Shown here one piece after another: positions 1 through 8,884 of a stretch of DNA of 43,050 nucleotides. The DNA comes from a virus (taxonomy: Duplodnaviria; Caudoviricetes), in the IMG/VR virus record IMGVR_UViG_3300033146_003090, positions 1-43,050 of that record; one strand, written 5' to 3'. Every line of letters begins with the position of its first letter. Positions within the stretch are counted from its first letter, which is position 1. The position numbers and the translations under genes are program-made. The notes under the pieces were generated by a model, which saw only the letters and a program-made list of their open reading frames with translations, made no database searches and had not been told where the DNA came from.

Positions 1-1
1 G

Positions 2-181
2 CAATCCACTCCTCATGAGTTAGTTTTACAGCATCAGAGTTGTTTGGTTGCAAGATCAGATGCTTTTGAGTTTGAAAGAGAAGTGCATGATCATTTCAAA
101 GAGTTCGCAACTGGTCGTGAGTGGTTTAAGGGGATTGATGTTCAGACTGTAATTGATTATATTGAAGAAATTGTTAATTAG
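2..181 (+). CDS. 3' end of a T5orf172/MUG113-like (GIY-YIG-related) domain protein, partial
   Basis: Own translation from nt 2: QSTPHELVLQHQS...AFEFEREVHDHFKEFATGREWFKG...IVN*, stop TAG 179-181; E-x-E-x-H-x-x-F...EWF pattern typical of this domain. Not in the ORF track because the start is missing. Confidence 0.6.
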   Translation, partial: QSTPHELVLQHQSCLVARSDAFEFEREVHDHFKEFATGREWFKGIDVQTVIDYIEEIVN

Positions 182-184
182 GTG

Positions 185-213
185 TTGACAAGTACCAAAT
201 GATGAACTATATT
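185..213 (+). promoter_or_regulatory. sigma70-type early promoter
   Basis: TTGACA-N17-TATATT. Confidence 0.8.
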
Positions 214-266
214 CAAGTAGAGATTGGAATTCACTGATCTCTATTACAAAAAAAAAGGAAAGAAAC

Positions 267-638
267 ATGACAGATTCAAACAAAGCATTGACTATTTTTC
301 AGAACAAAGATTTCGGGACACTGAGCGTAATTGAGTACAAAGGAGAACCATACTTCATCGGTAAAGAAGTTGCCGGAAAGTTGGGTTACAAAGATACCAA
401 TGACGCAATCAAACAACATTGCAAGAAACAAATAGTAGTAAAAGCTAAAGATTTAGGAGACTTAGAACTCAAAGGTGAATCACCTTTGAGTTATTTTGGG
501 CAACGTGGAGCTACTCTCATCCCGAAGTCTGACCTCTTCCGCCTCATCTCAAGATCAAATCTACCTGCAGCAGAAGAGTTCATGGATTGGGTCTTTGAAG
601 AAGTTCTTCCTTCCATTGAAAAGCATGGTCTGAATTGA
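267..638 (+). CDS. BRO-N domain protein (antirepressor N-terminal half)
   Basis: FQNKDFGTL..GEPYFIGKEVAGKLGY..AIKQHC..SDLFRLISRSNLPAAEEFMDWVFEEVLPSIEKHG is a canonical BRO-N. Confidence 0.9.
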   Translation: MTDSNKALTIFQNKDFGTLSVIEYKGEPYFIGKEVAGKLGYKDTNDAIKQHCKKQIVVKAKDLGDLELKGESPLSYFGQRGATLIPKSDLFRLISRSNLPAAEEFMDWVFEEVLPSIEKHGLN

Positions 639-1075
639 AAAGCATGTTTGAAGGCATGATGCAAGATCTGAAGCAAACCATGATGGAAGAGACATACAAA
701 GCTCATGCCCTTCATAAAGAAGAGTACAAGAAATTCGGAGAAGAGATGATCATTGTCGTCAATGAAAGGAATGCAATCATTGCTGATCAACAACTACTCA
801 TTGAATCCAAAGATGAGTCAATCAAAGAGCAGGATGACTTCATTGATGAACTTCTCCCAAAGGCAGAGTTTCATGACATCGTGGCCATTTCAAAGGGCAA
901 CGTGGACATAGAAGCATTCGCTAAAATGGTTACTATTGGTAGAAACACAATGTATAAGGTTCTCAGAGATCAAGGCTTCTTGATCGACAGTTACAAAGAC
1001 CACAACCTTCCATATCAAAAGTGGATCAATGCCGGGATCTTTGAAGTCAATGAAAGGATAGTCTTAAGATTCTAA
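635..1075 (+). CDS. Coiled coil plus phage antirepressor KilAC/ANT domain, apparently C-terminally truncated
   Basis: PKAEFHD..IEAFAK..IGRNTMYKVLRDQGFL..NLPYQKWINAGIFEV. Confidence 0.8.
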   Translation: MKSMFEGMMQDLKQTMMEETYKAHALHKEEYKKFGEEMIIVVNERNAIIADQQLLIESKDESIKEQDDFIDELLPKAEFHDIVAISKGNVDIEAFAKMVTIGRNTMYKVLRDQGFLIDSYKDHNLPYQKWINAGIFEVNERIVLRF

Positions 1076-1121
1076 GAGAAGAAAGGTAAAGTCTTGACAA
1101 GTACCATTTGAGAAGTCAATC

Positions 1122-1161
1122 TAATGACTGTAATTCAAATTACCCTGAATTACAGTCATTA
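1122..1161. repeat. Perfect 16-bp inverted repeat
   Basis: TAATGACTGTAATTCA-N8-TGAATTACAGTCATTA. Confidence 0.9.
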
Positions 1162-1214
1162 AATACATTCATAGAACATAGAAACAAAAATTCACCTCAA
1201 CCAAAGGAAACATT

Positions 1215-1406
1215 ATGTCCGAAGTAACTTACGAAGAAGCACTACATGCAACCATGGTAGCAGCCAATGATCTTGTCCTGGAACTCAAGAAGGCCAGCAC
1301 CAACAAAGCTGCAGCCCGACGTGCCCGCAAGATTACAAGTTCATTTGCAGGTAAACTCGGCAAAGAGTTTCGTAAACTCTCAGTTGCCAACGACAAGAAA
1401 AAGTAA
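1215..1406 (+). CDS. Histone H1-like protein (Hc1 family)
   Basis: 63 aa, basic, NKAAARRARK...KEFRKLSV motif of the Hc1 family; AAGGA RBS. Confidence 0.75.
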   Translation: MSEVTYEEALHATMVAANDLVLELKKASTNKAAARRARKITSSFAGKLGKEFRKLSVANDKKK

Positions 1407-1414
1407 ACTATTTC

Positions 1415-2215
1415 ATGAAAGGAGGGATTCAGTTCCCTCCAAGGGAGAATCAAGTGCACAATCAAATCAAAACATTCCCATCTATATCTTTTGGTAATCT
1501 TCATTCTGTTTTGGGCATGTACGTGGGGAATGAAATATGCGCCAATCTTGGTTTTAAAAATGCATCCTCATCTATCAAAACTCATTGCCCTGGTCGGGTC
1601 AGGGTCAACTTTACTCTCAAAGAAACACCTTATGATCTTGAAGCCAATTCCATATTTGAACCAATGCCGAAAAAAGGCCTGGTTCTCATTCCAGGAACAG
1701 ATGTTTTAACATTGATTGAAAAATCACATGAACCTGAATCAAAGACAAGTGCATTCAAAGATGCAATATTACAATTCTTTGTGTTGAATGACCTTGATAG
1801 TTGTGCCATAGCTCCTACCAATGAGACTGCAGAAGACTCTCCAAATATTGACACAATGACTATGAAATTGGATGAGGTTGAAAAAGATTTACGAACTCTG
1901 ATATCTACACTTGATGTTTCAAAAGGTAAGACCATCGATCAATTGGCTTTTGGTTGTTCAGTCCCTAAAAGCACATTGGTTAAATTTCTTCAGGAAAATA
2001 ATTTTTTGCTATTGAACACAGAAATTCCATATCTGAAGTGGGTGGCTGCTGGTGTTTTCTCAGACACGAAAAATCAAAACACCGGAGAAGTAGAAACATT
2101 GATCACTCCATTGGGGATGAATCTATTCATCAAGATTCTATTGGAAAGGTTTGTCCCAAAGAAGAAGAAGGAATCATTATGGGACAAAATCAAGGGGGTT
2201 TTCAGTCATGAATAA
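1415..2215 (+). CDS. Divergent BRO-N / KilAC antirepressor-like protein
   Basis: YVGNEICANLGFKNASSSIKTHC (BRO-N-like); FLQENNFL..IPYLKWVAAGVF..TLITPLG (KilAC-like). Confidence 0.7.
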   Translation: MKGGIQFPPRENQVHNQIKTFPSISFGNLHSVLGMYVGNEICANLGFKNASSSIKTHCPGRVRVNFTLKETPYDLEANSIFEPMPKKGLVLIPGTDVLTLIEKSHEPESKTSAFKDAILQFFVLNDLDSCAIAPTNETAEDSPNIDTMTMKLDEVEKDLRTLISTLDVSKGKTIDQLAFGCSVPKSTLVKFLQENNFLLLNTEIPYLKWVAAGVFSDTKNQNTGEVETLITPLGMNLFIKILLERFVPKKKKESLWDKIKGVFSHE

Positions 2216-2420
2216 AAAACAAATCATTTTCATCTTTCAAACCATCATCATAGAACTATTTGCAATCTGGTACGCTGGAATCTTTGCTTTACCATCATTG
2301 ACTCTCATTTCAGGTTGCATGGTCATCCCTATTCTTAAAGGCAATATCATTGGGATATTTCTTTTTTTGATCATCGAATTCATCATAGAATATTTTAGGG
2401 ATCTTAAATCTATCAAGTGA
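2208..2420 (+). CDS. Small hydrophobic membrane protein
   Basis: ATG 2208 overlaps the upstream gene end, GGGGG RBS; 2-3 hydrophobic segments. Confidence 0.6.
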   Translation: MNKKQIIFIFQTIIIELFAIWYAGIFALPSLTLISGCMVIPILKGNIIGIFLFLIIEFIIEYFRDLKSIK

Positions 2421-2503
2421 TATCATTTCAATGATATTATGTAGTTAAATGGGGATATTATCAAGTTCAAATCTTGGATCCCTAAATTAAATGCAGAAAC
2501 TTG

Positions 2504-2532
2504 TTGACAAGGCCAAACAATCAAGTTATTAT
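2504..2532 (+). promoter_or_regulatory. sigma70-type early promoter
   Basis: TTGACA-N17-TATTAT. Confidence 0.85.
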
Positions 2533-2576
2533 GGATTCAAGTTCAACAAATAACTTTACTCAGGAGCATCTTTATT

Positions 2577-4019
2577 ATGCCAGAATTCAATGGAATTACC
2601 CTTACAACCGAACAAGAAAATGTAGTCAAGACAGTCATTAAAGAAGAGAATACCAAAATATCAGCATATGCCGGGACAGGTAAGACATTCATTACAGCTT
2701 GCATTTCCCATGTGTATGCACAGAAACGTGGTATATATCTTTGCTTCAACAAAAGTGCAGCTGTAGATGCAGCCAAACGATTCCCGAACAACGTGGACTG
2801 CCGTACAGTTCATTCTTTGGCATATCAAGCCATTGGTTATAAATACAGAGATCGTCTTGAACGGTTCAATGGCTTTGAGCTTATGAAGTGTTTTGATATA
2901 GGCTCAGTTCAATATTTTAAGAAGAAAAAGTATGTCAAGGGTAATTTCATACTTCAAACTATTACACGCTTCTGTCAGACGGCAAAGGCTGAAATTGATA
3001 TCTATTGTACTCCGTATAGTGATATTAAGAAATTTGTTGAAGAGGACTATGTGGAAGCTGCACAGTTCGACATAGTGAAGTATGCCAAGTTGGTCTGGAA
3101 GGAGATGAACAGAGAAGGTTCCAGGATGCCCATTACTCATGATTTCTATCTAAAGAAATTTGGAATGTTAGATCCTGTCCTTGACTGTGACTTCCTTATT
3201 ATTGATGAAGCCCAAGATTCTAATCCTATCACTCTCCAGATTGCAGAAAATCAGAAATGCCAGGTAATATATGTCGGGGATCAGTACCAGGCCATATACA
3301 GCTGGAGAGGTGCCATAGATGCGATGACCAACATTCGCACACCTGGTAACACATCAATTTCCCAGTCATTCCGATTTGGGCCCAGAATCGCAGCCCTTGC
3401 CAACGAAATCCTGAACTCTTATATCCCTGGTGCCAATACCAACATCAAGGGGTTTGAAAAACACGATACAGAAATTGGTGAAGTAACAACACCTGATGTT
3501 ATCATTACCCGAACAAATAAGGGTACCATGGAGGCAATCATGAAGAACCTCCAGGATAGAACAATATATATTACAGGTGGCCCCAATCCTCTTATCAAAA
3601 TGTTTGAAGGTGTCCTTGCTCTTCAGGCGGGCAATAAAACTTACCATCCCGATCTCAAACTCTTTACTAAATGGTCTGAGGTTGAAGAGTTCGCTGAAAC
3701 CAAACTGGGATCTGATCTCAAAGTCATTGTTAATCTGGTTAAAGTCCATGGTGCACAGAATCTCATAGACACCTTACAACAAACATCTCCACGATATCAA
3801 GAAGGTTGTCTCACTATCACTTCTGCTCATAAATGCAAAGGCATGGAATGGGGCAACGTCACTCTCTGGAATGATTTCTTTGCAACCAAGATCGATGAAG
3901 CCACTGATCAAGTCATTTACCCAGAAGCCGAAGCCAAATTACTCTATGTGGCTTGTACTCGTGCACAGAAAAAGTTGGATATCTCTATGTGCTCGGCAGT
4001 TAATAGACTCATACATTAA
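2577..4019 (+). CDS. Superfamily 1 (UvrD/Rep-like) DNA helicase
   Basis: AYAGTGKT, IIDEAQD, VGDQYQAIYSWRGA, SFRFG, HKCKGMEW, LLYVACTRA. Confidence 0.93.
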   Translation: MPEFNGITLTTEQENVVKTVIKEENTKISAYAGTGKTFITACISHVYAQKRGIYLCFNKSAAVDAAKRFPNNVDCRTVHSLAYQAIGYKYRDRLERFNGFELMKCFDIGSVQYFKKKKYVKGNFILQTITRFCQTAKAEIDIYCTPYSDIKKFVEEDYVEAAQFDIVKYAKLVWKEMNREGSRMPITHDFYLKKFGMLDPVLDCDFLIIDEAQDSNPITLQIAENQKCQVIYVGDQYQAIYSWRGAIDAMTNIRTPGNTSISQSFRFGPRIAALANEILNSYIPGANTNIKGFEKHDTEIGEVTTPDVIITRTNKGTMEAIMKNLQDRTIYITGGPNPLIKMFEGVLALQAGNKTYHPDLKLFTKWSEVEEFAETKLGSDLKVIVNLVKVHGAQNLIDTLQQTSPRYQEGCLTITSAHKCKGMEWGNVTLWNDFFATKIDEATDQVIYPEAEAKLLYVACTRAQKKLDISMCSAVNRLIH

Positions 4020-4072
4020 GATTTCAGGGGAGTCAAACAGGCTCTCCTTTGAATTACTCACTTTAATCGTCA

Positions 4073-4079
4073 TTAAATA
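4073..4079 (+). promoter_or_regulatory. Putative late promoter
   Basis: TTAAATA upstream of the 60-aa ORF and gp15; the motif recurs before structural genes. Confidence 0.6.
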
Positions 4080-4100
4080 TTCATATCAAGGGGAAACAAC

Positions 4101-4283
4101 ATGGGAAAATACACCAAACAAAGAGTGGCATTGGCTCGCAGCATCAAAAAATCAAAACCAGTCAAGGCTGCTGCCAGACTCAAGTCTAAAAAAAGAAAAG
4201 ATGGTAGGGGAGCCTTTGATATGCTCCATACATTCGTTTCTGATAATTCAGAGATAGACGACACACAGGAACTGCCCGAATGA
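4101..4283 (+). CDS. Small hypothetical protein, basic N-terminus and acidic C-terminus
   Basis: AGGGG RBS; stop overlaps the gp15 start (ATGA). Confidence 0.6.
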   Translation: MGKYTKQRVALARSIKKSKPVKAAARLKSKKRKDGRGAFDMLHTFVSDNSEIDDTQELPE

Positions 4284-5047
4284 ATAGACCATACTTTTAC
4301 CACGGTTCCCTTAGACGGTACACCATACTAATGGGAACACTTCTTTCTGATATTCAAATCATGCGTAATGACTTGAATTATGATCCTGAAAATTCTACAC
4401 ATCAGGATTTGATTACTGTTCCAGTAAAGTATGGCAAGGGTCAATACTATGTGAAGGTAGAAACTCCAAACTCTGATCAATCTTCAAAGAAAAGAGTAGT
4501 ATTGCCTCATATTTCATATTCTATGATGGATATCAATTATGACCCAGAGAGAAAGACCAATGCAAACTGTAAAATCCTGAATACAGTCGTTGGAGCCAGG
4601 ACAGAGAATGAAGTACAGTGGTCTTTTAATAAAGTCCCCTATAACACTTTATTCACTGTTTCAGTACGAACTAAAACTATGGATGATCTGCTGCAAATCA
4701 TAGAACAGTTGGTTATCCTATTTGACCCAGCCAAAGTTGTTAAATTGAACATGGCAAATGATCAAAATGAAGCCTATGATCATTTAAGTGTTGACATCTT
4801 GAGCGAATCTGTTAAGATATCACTCACAGATATTAGTTTTAGTGATACAAGAGAAGATGAGAGTCAGGGTCAGATAGAAGCGGACCTTGATTTTACTCTC
4901 CAGGGTCATCTCTATAAACCTGTTGTCGAGCAACCAGTCATTACTGAGATTAATCTTAACTTTACACCAAATGATCTTGGAAACATTGAGTCAATTGACT
5001 TTAGTAAAGCCACTGACATGGACCAAGACACCTTCATCATTCATTAA
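4280..5047 (+). CDS. gp15: Tail sheath stabilizer / tail completion protein (T4 gp15-like)
   Basis: YFYHGSLRRYTILMGTL..VPVKYG..LP..YDPERKTN..VPYN..QIIEQ..F. Confidence 0.88.
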   Translation: MNRPYFYHGSLRRYTILMGTLLSDIQIMRNDLNYDPENSTHQDLITVPVKYGKGQYYVKVETPNSDQSSKKRVVLPHISYSMMDINYDPERKTNANCKILNTVVGARTENEVQWSFNKVPYNTLFTVSVRTKTMDDLLQIIEQLVILFDPAKVVKLNMANDQNEAYDHLSVDILSESVKISLTDISFSDTREDESQGQIEADLDFTLQGHLYKPVVEQPVITEINLNFTPNDLGNIESIDFSKATDMDQDTFIIH

Positions 5048-5064
5048 TTCAAGGGGATTACAAC

Positions 5065-5736
5065 ATGAACAAGGTCAAACTTTCTACAGAAACAATTGAA
5101 ATTATGAAGAATTATTCTATGATCAACCCAGGAATGATTCTTCATAAAGGTAACACTCTCAGAACTATTTCAGTATCTGGGGCAATATTTTCTGAGTGTG
5201 TTATTTCAGAAACTATCCCAATGGATTTTGGAATCGGAATGCTATCTCAGTTCATTCAAGTTCTTACACTCCCGAATATGGCTGACTGTGAAGTTGAGTT
5301 CACTGATACACATGCTGACATAGTGGCCCCCTCTGGCGATAGGATTCGATACTACAAGCAAGAAGCAAATGCCATAGTTACAACTGATAAAATTAATTCT
5401 CTACCTACTCCTTCATTTTCATTCAAGCTTACCTCTGATCAATTAATTGATTTTCTGAAAACTGCCGCTGTTCTTAAATCCCGGGCAATGGTAATTTCTG
5501 TAGAAAATAATAAGCTCACCATGAATGCTACTATCCCCAAAAAAGATAGTACACATTCATATAAACTTTGCTTACCAGATGTTAGTTGTCCTGATATGGC
5601 TATTGTCATGGATATCAGTAAAGGTTTTAATGTCCTACATGACGATTATACAATCAACGTCATGAATGATATTGGAATGGAATTATGCTCAGACAACAGA
5701 AAACTCAGATATGCGATGGCTACAATAGATGACTAA
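5065..5736 (+). CDS. gp45: Sliding clamp (T4 gp45-like)
   Basis: KLSTETIEIMKNYSMINPGM..GNTLRTIS..FGI..LSQF; length and position near gp44/gp62. Confidence 0.9.
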   Translation: MNKVKLSTETIEIMKNYSMINPGMILHKGNTLRTISVSGAIFSECVISETIPMDFGIGMLSQFIQVLTLPNMADCEVEFTDTHADIVAPSGDRIRYYKQEANAIVTTDKINSLPTPSFSFKLTSDQLIDFLKTAAVLKSRAMVISVENNKLTMNATIPKKDSTHSYKLCLPDVSCPDMAIVMDISKGFNVLHDDYTINVMNDIGMELCSDNRKLRYAMATIDD

Positions 5737-5760
5737 TGATTTCAATTAGTTAGTCATTAC

Positions 5761-5809
5761 ATTGAGTTTTTCCTCAATTCCAATAGGTTATTTTGAGGAA
5801 AAACTCAAT
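5761..5809. repeat. Perfect 17-bp inverted repeat
   Basis: ATTGAGTTTTTCCTCAA-N15-TTGAGGAAAAACTCAAT. Confidence 0.9.
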
Positions 5810-5845
5810 CAATCTTCAAAATAGGTCAAAAAGTCAAGACTTTGG

Positions 5846-5868
5846 CCCTACAAAACAGAAAATTAAGT
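5846..5868 (+). repeat. Dispersed 23-bp element, copy 1
   Basis: CCCTACAAAACAGAAAATTAAGT, exact reverse complement of 30095-30117. Confidence 0.9.
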
Positions 5869-6002
5869 TGTTGATTTCATTACATTAAATCAATAAACTA
5901 CTTTTTTGAGGTTTTGCACAGTAAAGAGGTCAAATTGGTTGATCTCTCTTTAATATGTTTCATTCAAGGAGGTTCGCTATTGAAAATTCAGTTTTAGCTT
6001 AC

Positions 6003-6452
6003 ATGTCTAAGGTGTGCATTATTGCAATATGCATTCTACTAATCCCAGCCTGTGGATTCATCAGGGCACCAGGTGAAGTTGAGTCAGAGAGTAAATTCAT
6101 TTCCTATGTGCAGTGTGAACTCGAATACGGTCATGCTCTTAAGGAGGCCACGCTGGATAGATGCGGAAAATGTTCTATTGGGGATACTATCACAGAGGAG
6201 CAAGTTAATATCATCATAGACAAAGCAGACTCTCTTCAAGTGATTATGAATGATATTGCAGAAAACTTGATTTCATATCGACAAGCAATAATCGATGGCA
6301 GTGAAATCAAGGATCTACATGCATATATCAAAGAAAGGATGACTCTCTTCAAAGAACTTCAGCGAGAGTTTCATTTCTACACACTGAGCATATGCTCAAC
6401 CATAACTAAAATTCAATTTAATCGCCAACCTTCAATCATTTTGCTATGTTAA
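6003..6452 (+). CDS. Putative lipoprotein / exported helical protein (start may be 5955)
   Basis: MSKVCIIAICILLIPA-C signal peptide with an imperfect lipobox. Confidence 0.55.
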   Translation: MSKVCIIAICILLIPACGFIRAPGEVESESKFISYVQCELEYGHALKEATLDRCGKCSIGDTITEEQVNIIIDKADSLQVIMNDIAENLISYRQAIIDGSEIKDLHAYIKERMTLFKELQREFHFYTLSICSTITKIQFNRQPSIILLC

Positions 6453-6464
6453 AGGACAACATTC

Positions 6465-6650
6465 ATGAATCGAGCTCAAATTAAATTGGCGCTAACAGTT
6501 GCAGAGATCACACTCAATGAAGGGCTTCCGGCCTTGTGTAAATTCATTGACCGTCTGGCTTCAGTAACAAAGAATAAATCTCTACCCACAGAAGCAGAAA
6601 TTCAGTCAGTGGTTCATGCACCAGATGCAGCCAAGTATTTCAAATTGTGA
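6465..6650 (+). CDS. Hypothetical protein
   Basis: AAGGA RBS, 61 aa, followed by a terminator. Confidence 0.7.
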   Translation: MNRAQIKLALTVAEITLNEGLPALCKFIDRLASVTKNKSLPTEAEIQSVVHAPDAAKYFKL

Positions 6651-6657
6651 TTAAGGT

Positions 6658-6692
6658 GGGCTTGGAACCTTCAATGGCTCCAAGCCCTTTTT
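6658..6692 (+). terminator. Rho-independent terminator
   Basis: GGGCTTGGA...TCCAAGCCC followed by TTTTT. Confidence 0.85.
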
Positions 6693-6707
6693 AATTGCAT
6701 TTTGTTC

Positions 6708-6736
6708 TTGACAAAGTTCATTAAAAATACTATGAT
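6708..6736 (+). promoter_or_regulatory. sigma70-type promoter
   Basis: TTGACA-N17-TATGAT. Confidence 0.85.
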
Positions 6737-6789
6737 CAAGACATTAGAAAGTAGCATTTCATTCATCATACCACACTAAGGAGATTTTT

Positions 6790-7746
6790 ATGCATTTCAA
6801 TGAAAAAGAATTCATCTGGGCAGAGAAGTTTCGACCTAATACTATCAAAGATGTTATTCTCCCTCCCAAGATCAAACAGATATTTGAAAAGTTCATCGAA
6901 AAGAAAGAGATTCAAAATCTTGTACTTCATTCCACTAATCCTGGATCTGGTAAAACTACTTCAGCCTATGCACTTTCAAACGATATTGGGTGTTCAAAAC
7001 CTCTCTTCATTAATGCTTCTCTGGATACCAGTATAGATATCATTCGTAATGATGTTTATGAGTATTGTTCTCACGCCTCTCTGATCAATAAAGCCAAATG
7101 CAAGGTGGTTATACTCGATGAGTGTGAAAGACTCTCATTGCAGGGGTTAAACAGCCTCAAGGGGTTATTTGAATCAGTATCCAAGAATGCAAGATTCATC
7201 ATGACCACGAATGATCTTGAAATCATCCCTGAACCTCTTCTATCCAGATGCTTGGTTATCTCTTATGAATTTGATGATGCCGATGAACTGTTCATCATGA
7301 AACACCTTTTCCAGAATGTGGTAAATATGCTTGATCAGGAAAAGATTGAATATGAACTCCCTGCTATTGCACAGGTTATCAAACTATGTAAACCTGATTG
7401 CAGAAAGATCATCAATGAACTCCAGACACTGTCTCTGTATGGAAAGATTGACATGTCTGCTGTACAGAAGGTTTCTGTGGTGGATACAGATGCATTGGTG
7501 AGTATCTTAAAGGCTCAGGACTATGTTGCCCTGAAAACCTTTGTGATGGCCAATCAGAAGAAATTCGGGAAGTCTTTCTTTAGTAAGTTCTTTGGTATAA
7601 TGGATCCAGTAATTGTTGATCAGACATCACCTGCCCTGGTTCAGATTCTTGGGGATGCTCAAAAGTATTTCAGTAAAGTTCCTGATCTTTATATCTTCTG
7701 GCTTGATGTAATGGTTCGGTGTTTGATTGATATTCAGTTCAAGTAG
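6790..7746 (+). CDS. gp44: Clamp loader large subunit (T4 gp44-like AAA+)
   Basis: WAEKFRP, PGSGKTT, VVILDECE, LLSRC. Confidence 0.95.
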   Translation: MHFNEKEFIWAEKFRPNTIKDVILPPKIKQIFEKFIEKKEIQNLVLHSTNPGSGKTTSAYALSNDIGCSKPLFINASLDTSIDIIRNDVYEYCSHASLINKAKCKVVILDECERLSLQGLNSLKGLFESVSKNARFIMTTNDLEIIPEPLLSRCLVISYEFDDADELFIMKHLFQNVVNMLDQEKIEYELPAIAQVIKLCKPDCRKIINELQTLSLYGKIDMSAVQKVSVVDTDALVSILKAQDYVALKTFVMANQKKFGKSFFSKFFGIMDPVIVDQTSPALVQILGDAQKYFSKVPDLYIFWLDVMVRCLIDIQFK

Positions 7747-7756
7747 GGGGAAAACC

Positions 7757-8206
7757 ATGGCCAAGACAACAAAAAAGAAAGCATCAAAGGAAAAATCAGA
7801 TAAGATGGGTTTGTTTGATTGGACAAAGAATATCCTGGAAAGCAAGAAACCAATTCCATGGAGTCCAAAGGTTGAAAGAGAATATACCCCATTCATTATT
7901 AGTCGAGCACTTGTAAATTATATTGACTGTATAATGATCGTAAATGAGCTGAATAAGCTGGGCACTATCTCAAAGAAACTTCACTACACATATCTGTTCA
8001 ATGCGATCCCAAAGAAGCGAAGGGGATTCCAGAAGGGGTTTGTGATGGCAGTCAAGAAACCTGATGAAGATGTATTGGCTGTTTGTAAGATTTATTCTGT
8101 ATCTCCAGAAGTTGCAATGGATTACATGAACATCCTTACTCCCGAGAATATAACTACAATCAAGGCTACCTTACTGTCATTAAATAGTAATGACAGAATG
8201 GATTGA
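7757..8206 (+). CDS. gp62: Clamp loader small subunit (T4 gp62-like)
   Basis: YTPFIISRAL..DCIMIVNELN..LHYTYLFNAIPKKRR; directly follows gp44. Confidence 0.9.
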   Translation: MAKTTKKKASKEKSDKMGLFDWTKNILESKKPIPWSPKVEREYTPFIISRALVNYIDCIMIVNELNKLGTISKKLHYTYLFNAIPKKRRGFQKGFVMAVKKPDEDVLAVCKIYSVSPEVAMDYMNILTPENITTIKATLLSLNSNDRMD

Positions 8207-8413
8207 GATACAATGGGCAACAACGTACCAACTGGTAAGGGAGTCCAACCTCAAACTATTTTCATCAAGCTTTGATATTGAATGAAAAAATATGCTATCA
8301 AGAGTCAAACACGATAACCAAGTGAATGATTCTTGATAGTAGTTCGGGTTGTTGCGATTTACAGTACGTGGATTAACTTGAATTAACATACATAATTGAG
8401 GAGACTGACGGGA

Positions 8414-8884
8414 ATGGGAATTATTAAAAGATGTCCAAGTATGGATTTTTTGGGCAAACCTTATAAGTGTGAATCGGATGTTATTCCGTATTTGGTTGAA
8501 GTTTCTCTTGGGGATTCAACTCAAGATGCTTATTTGACAATCAAAGAAACTCTGAGCAGAATCGGAGTATCATCTAAATTCAGAAAGACATTATTCCAGA
8601 CCTGTCATATTCTCAGTAAGAGAGATCGTTTTTATATTTGTCATTTCAAGATGCTTTTTGCCTTGACAAATTGTCGAAAAACTGATATAACTACTGGAGA
8701 TATTGCCAGGCAGAATAAAATTGTTGATCTATTGGACCAATGGGGTCTTTGTAAAATCATCGATAGAACACAAGTTGCTGGACAATGTGGTATTGGGTCA
8801 GTAAAGATAGTGAAGTATGCAGACAAGGATAATTGGAAATTTGAGCAGAAATACATTTTTAGGTCAGAAAGGGGTCATGAATAA
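8414..8884 (+). CDS. regA: Translational repressor RegA
   Basis: LTIKETLSRIGV..LFQTCHILSKRDRFYICHFK..RQNKIVDLLDQWGL..W..QKY. Confidence 0.93.
   Translation: MGIIKRCPSMDFLGKPYKCESDVIPYLVEVSLGDSTQDAYLTIKETLSRIGVSSKFRKTLFQTCHILSKRDRFYICHFKMLFALTNCRKTDITTGDIARQNKIVDLLDQWGLCKIIDRTQVAGQCGIGSVKIVKYADKDNWKFEQKYIFRSERGHE

Noticed and set aside
1094-1122. TTGACA at 1094 as a strong sigma70 promoter
   Set aside because: The hexamer at 17-bp spacing is CAATCT, a poor -10
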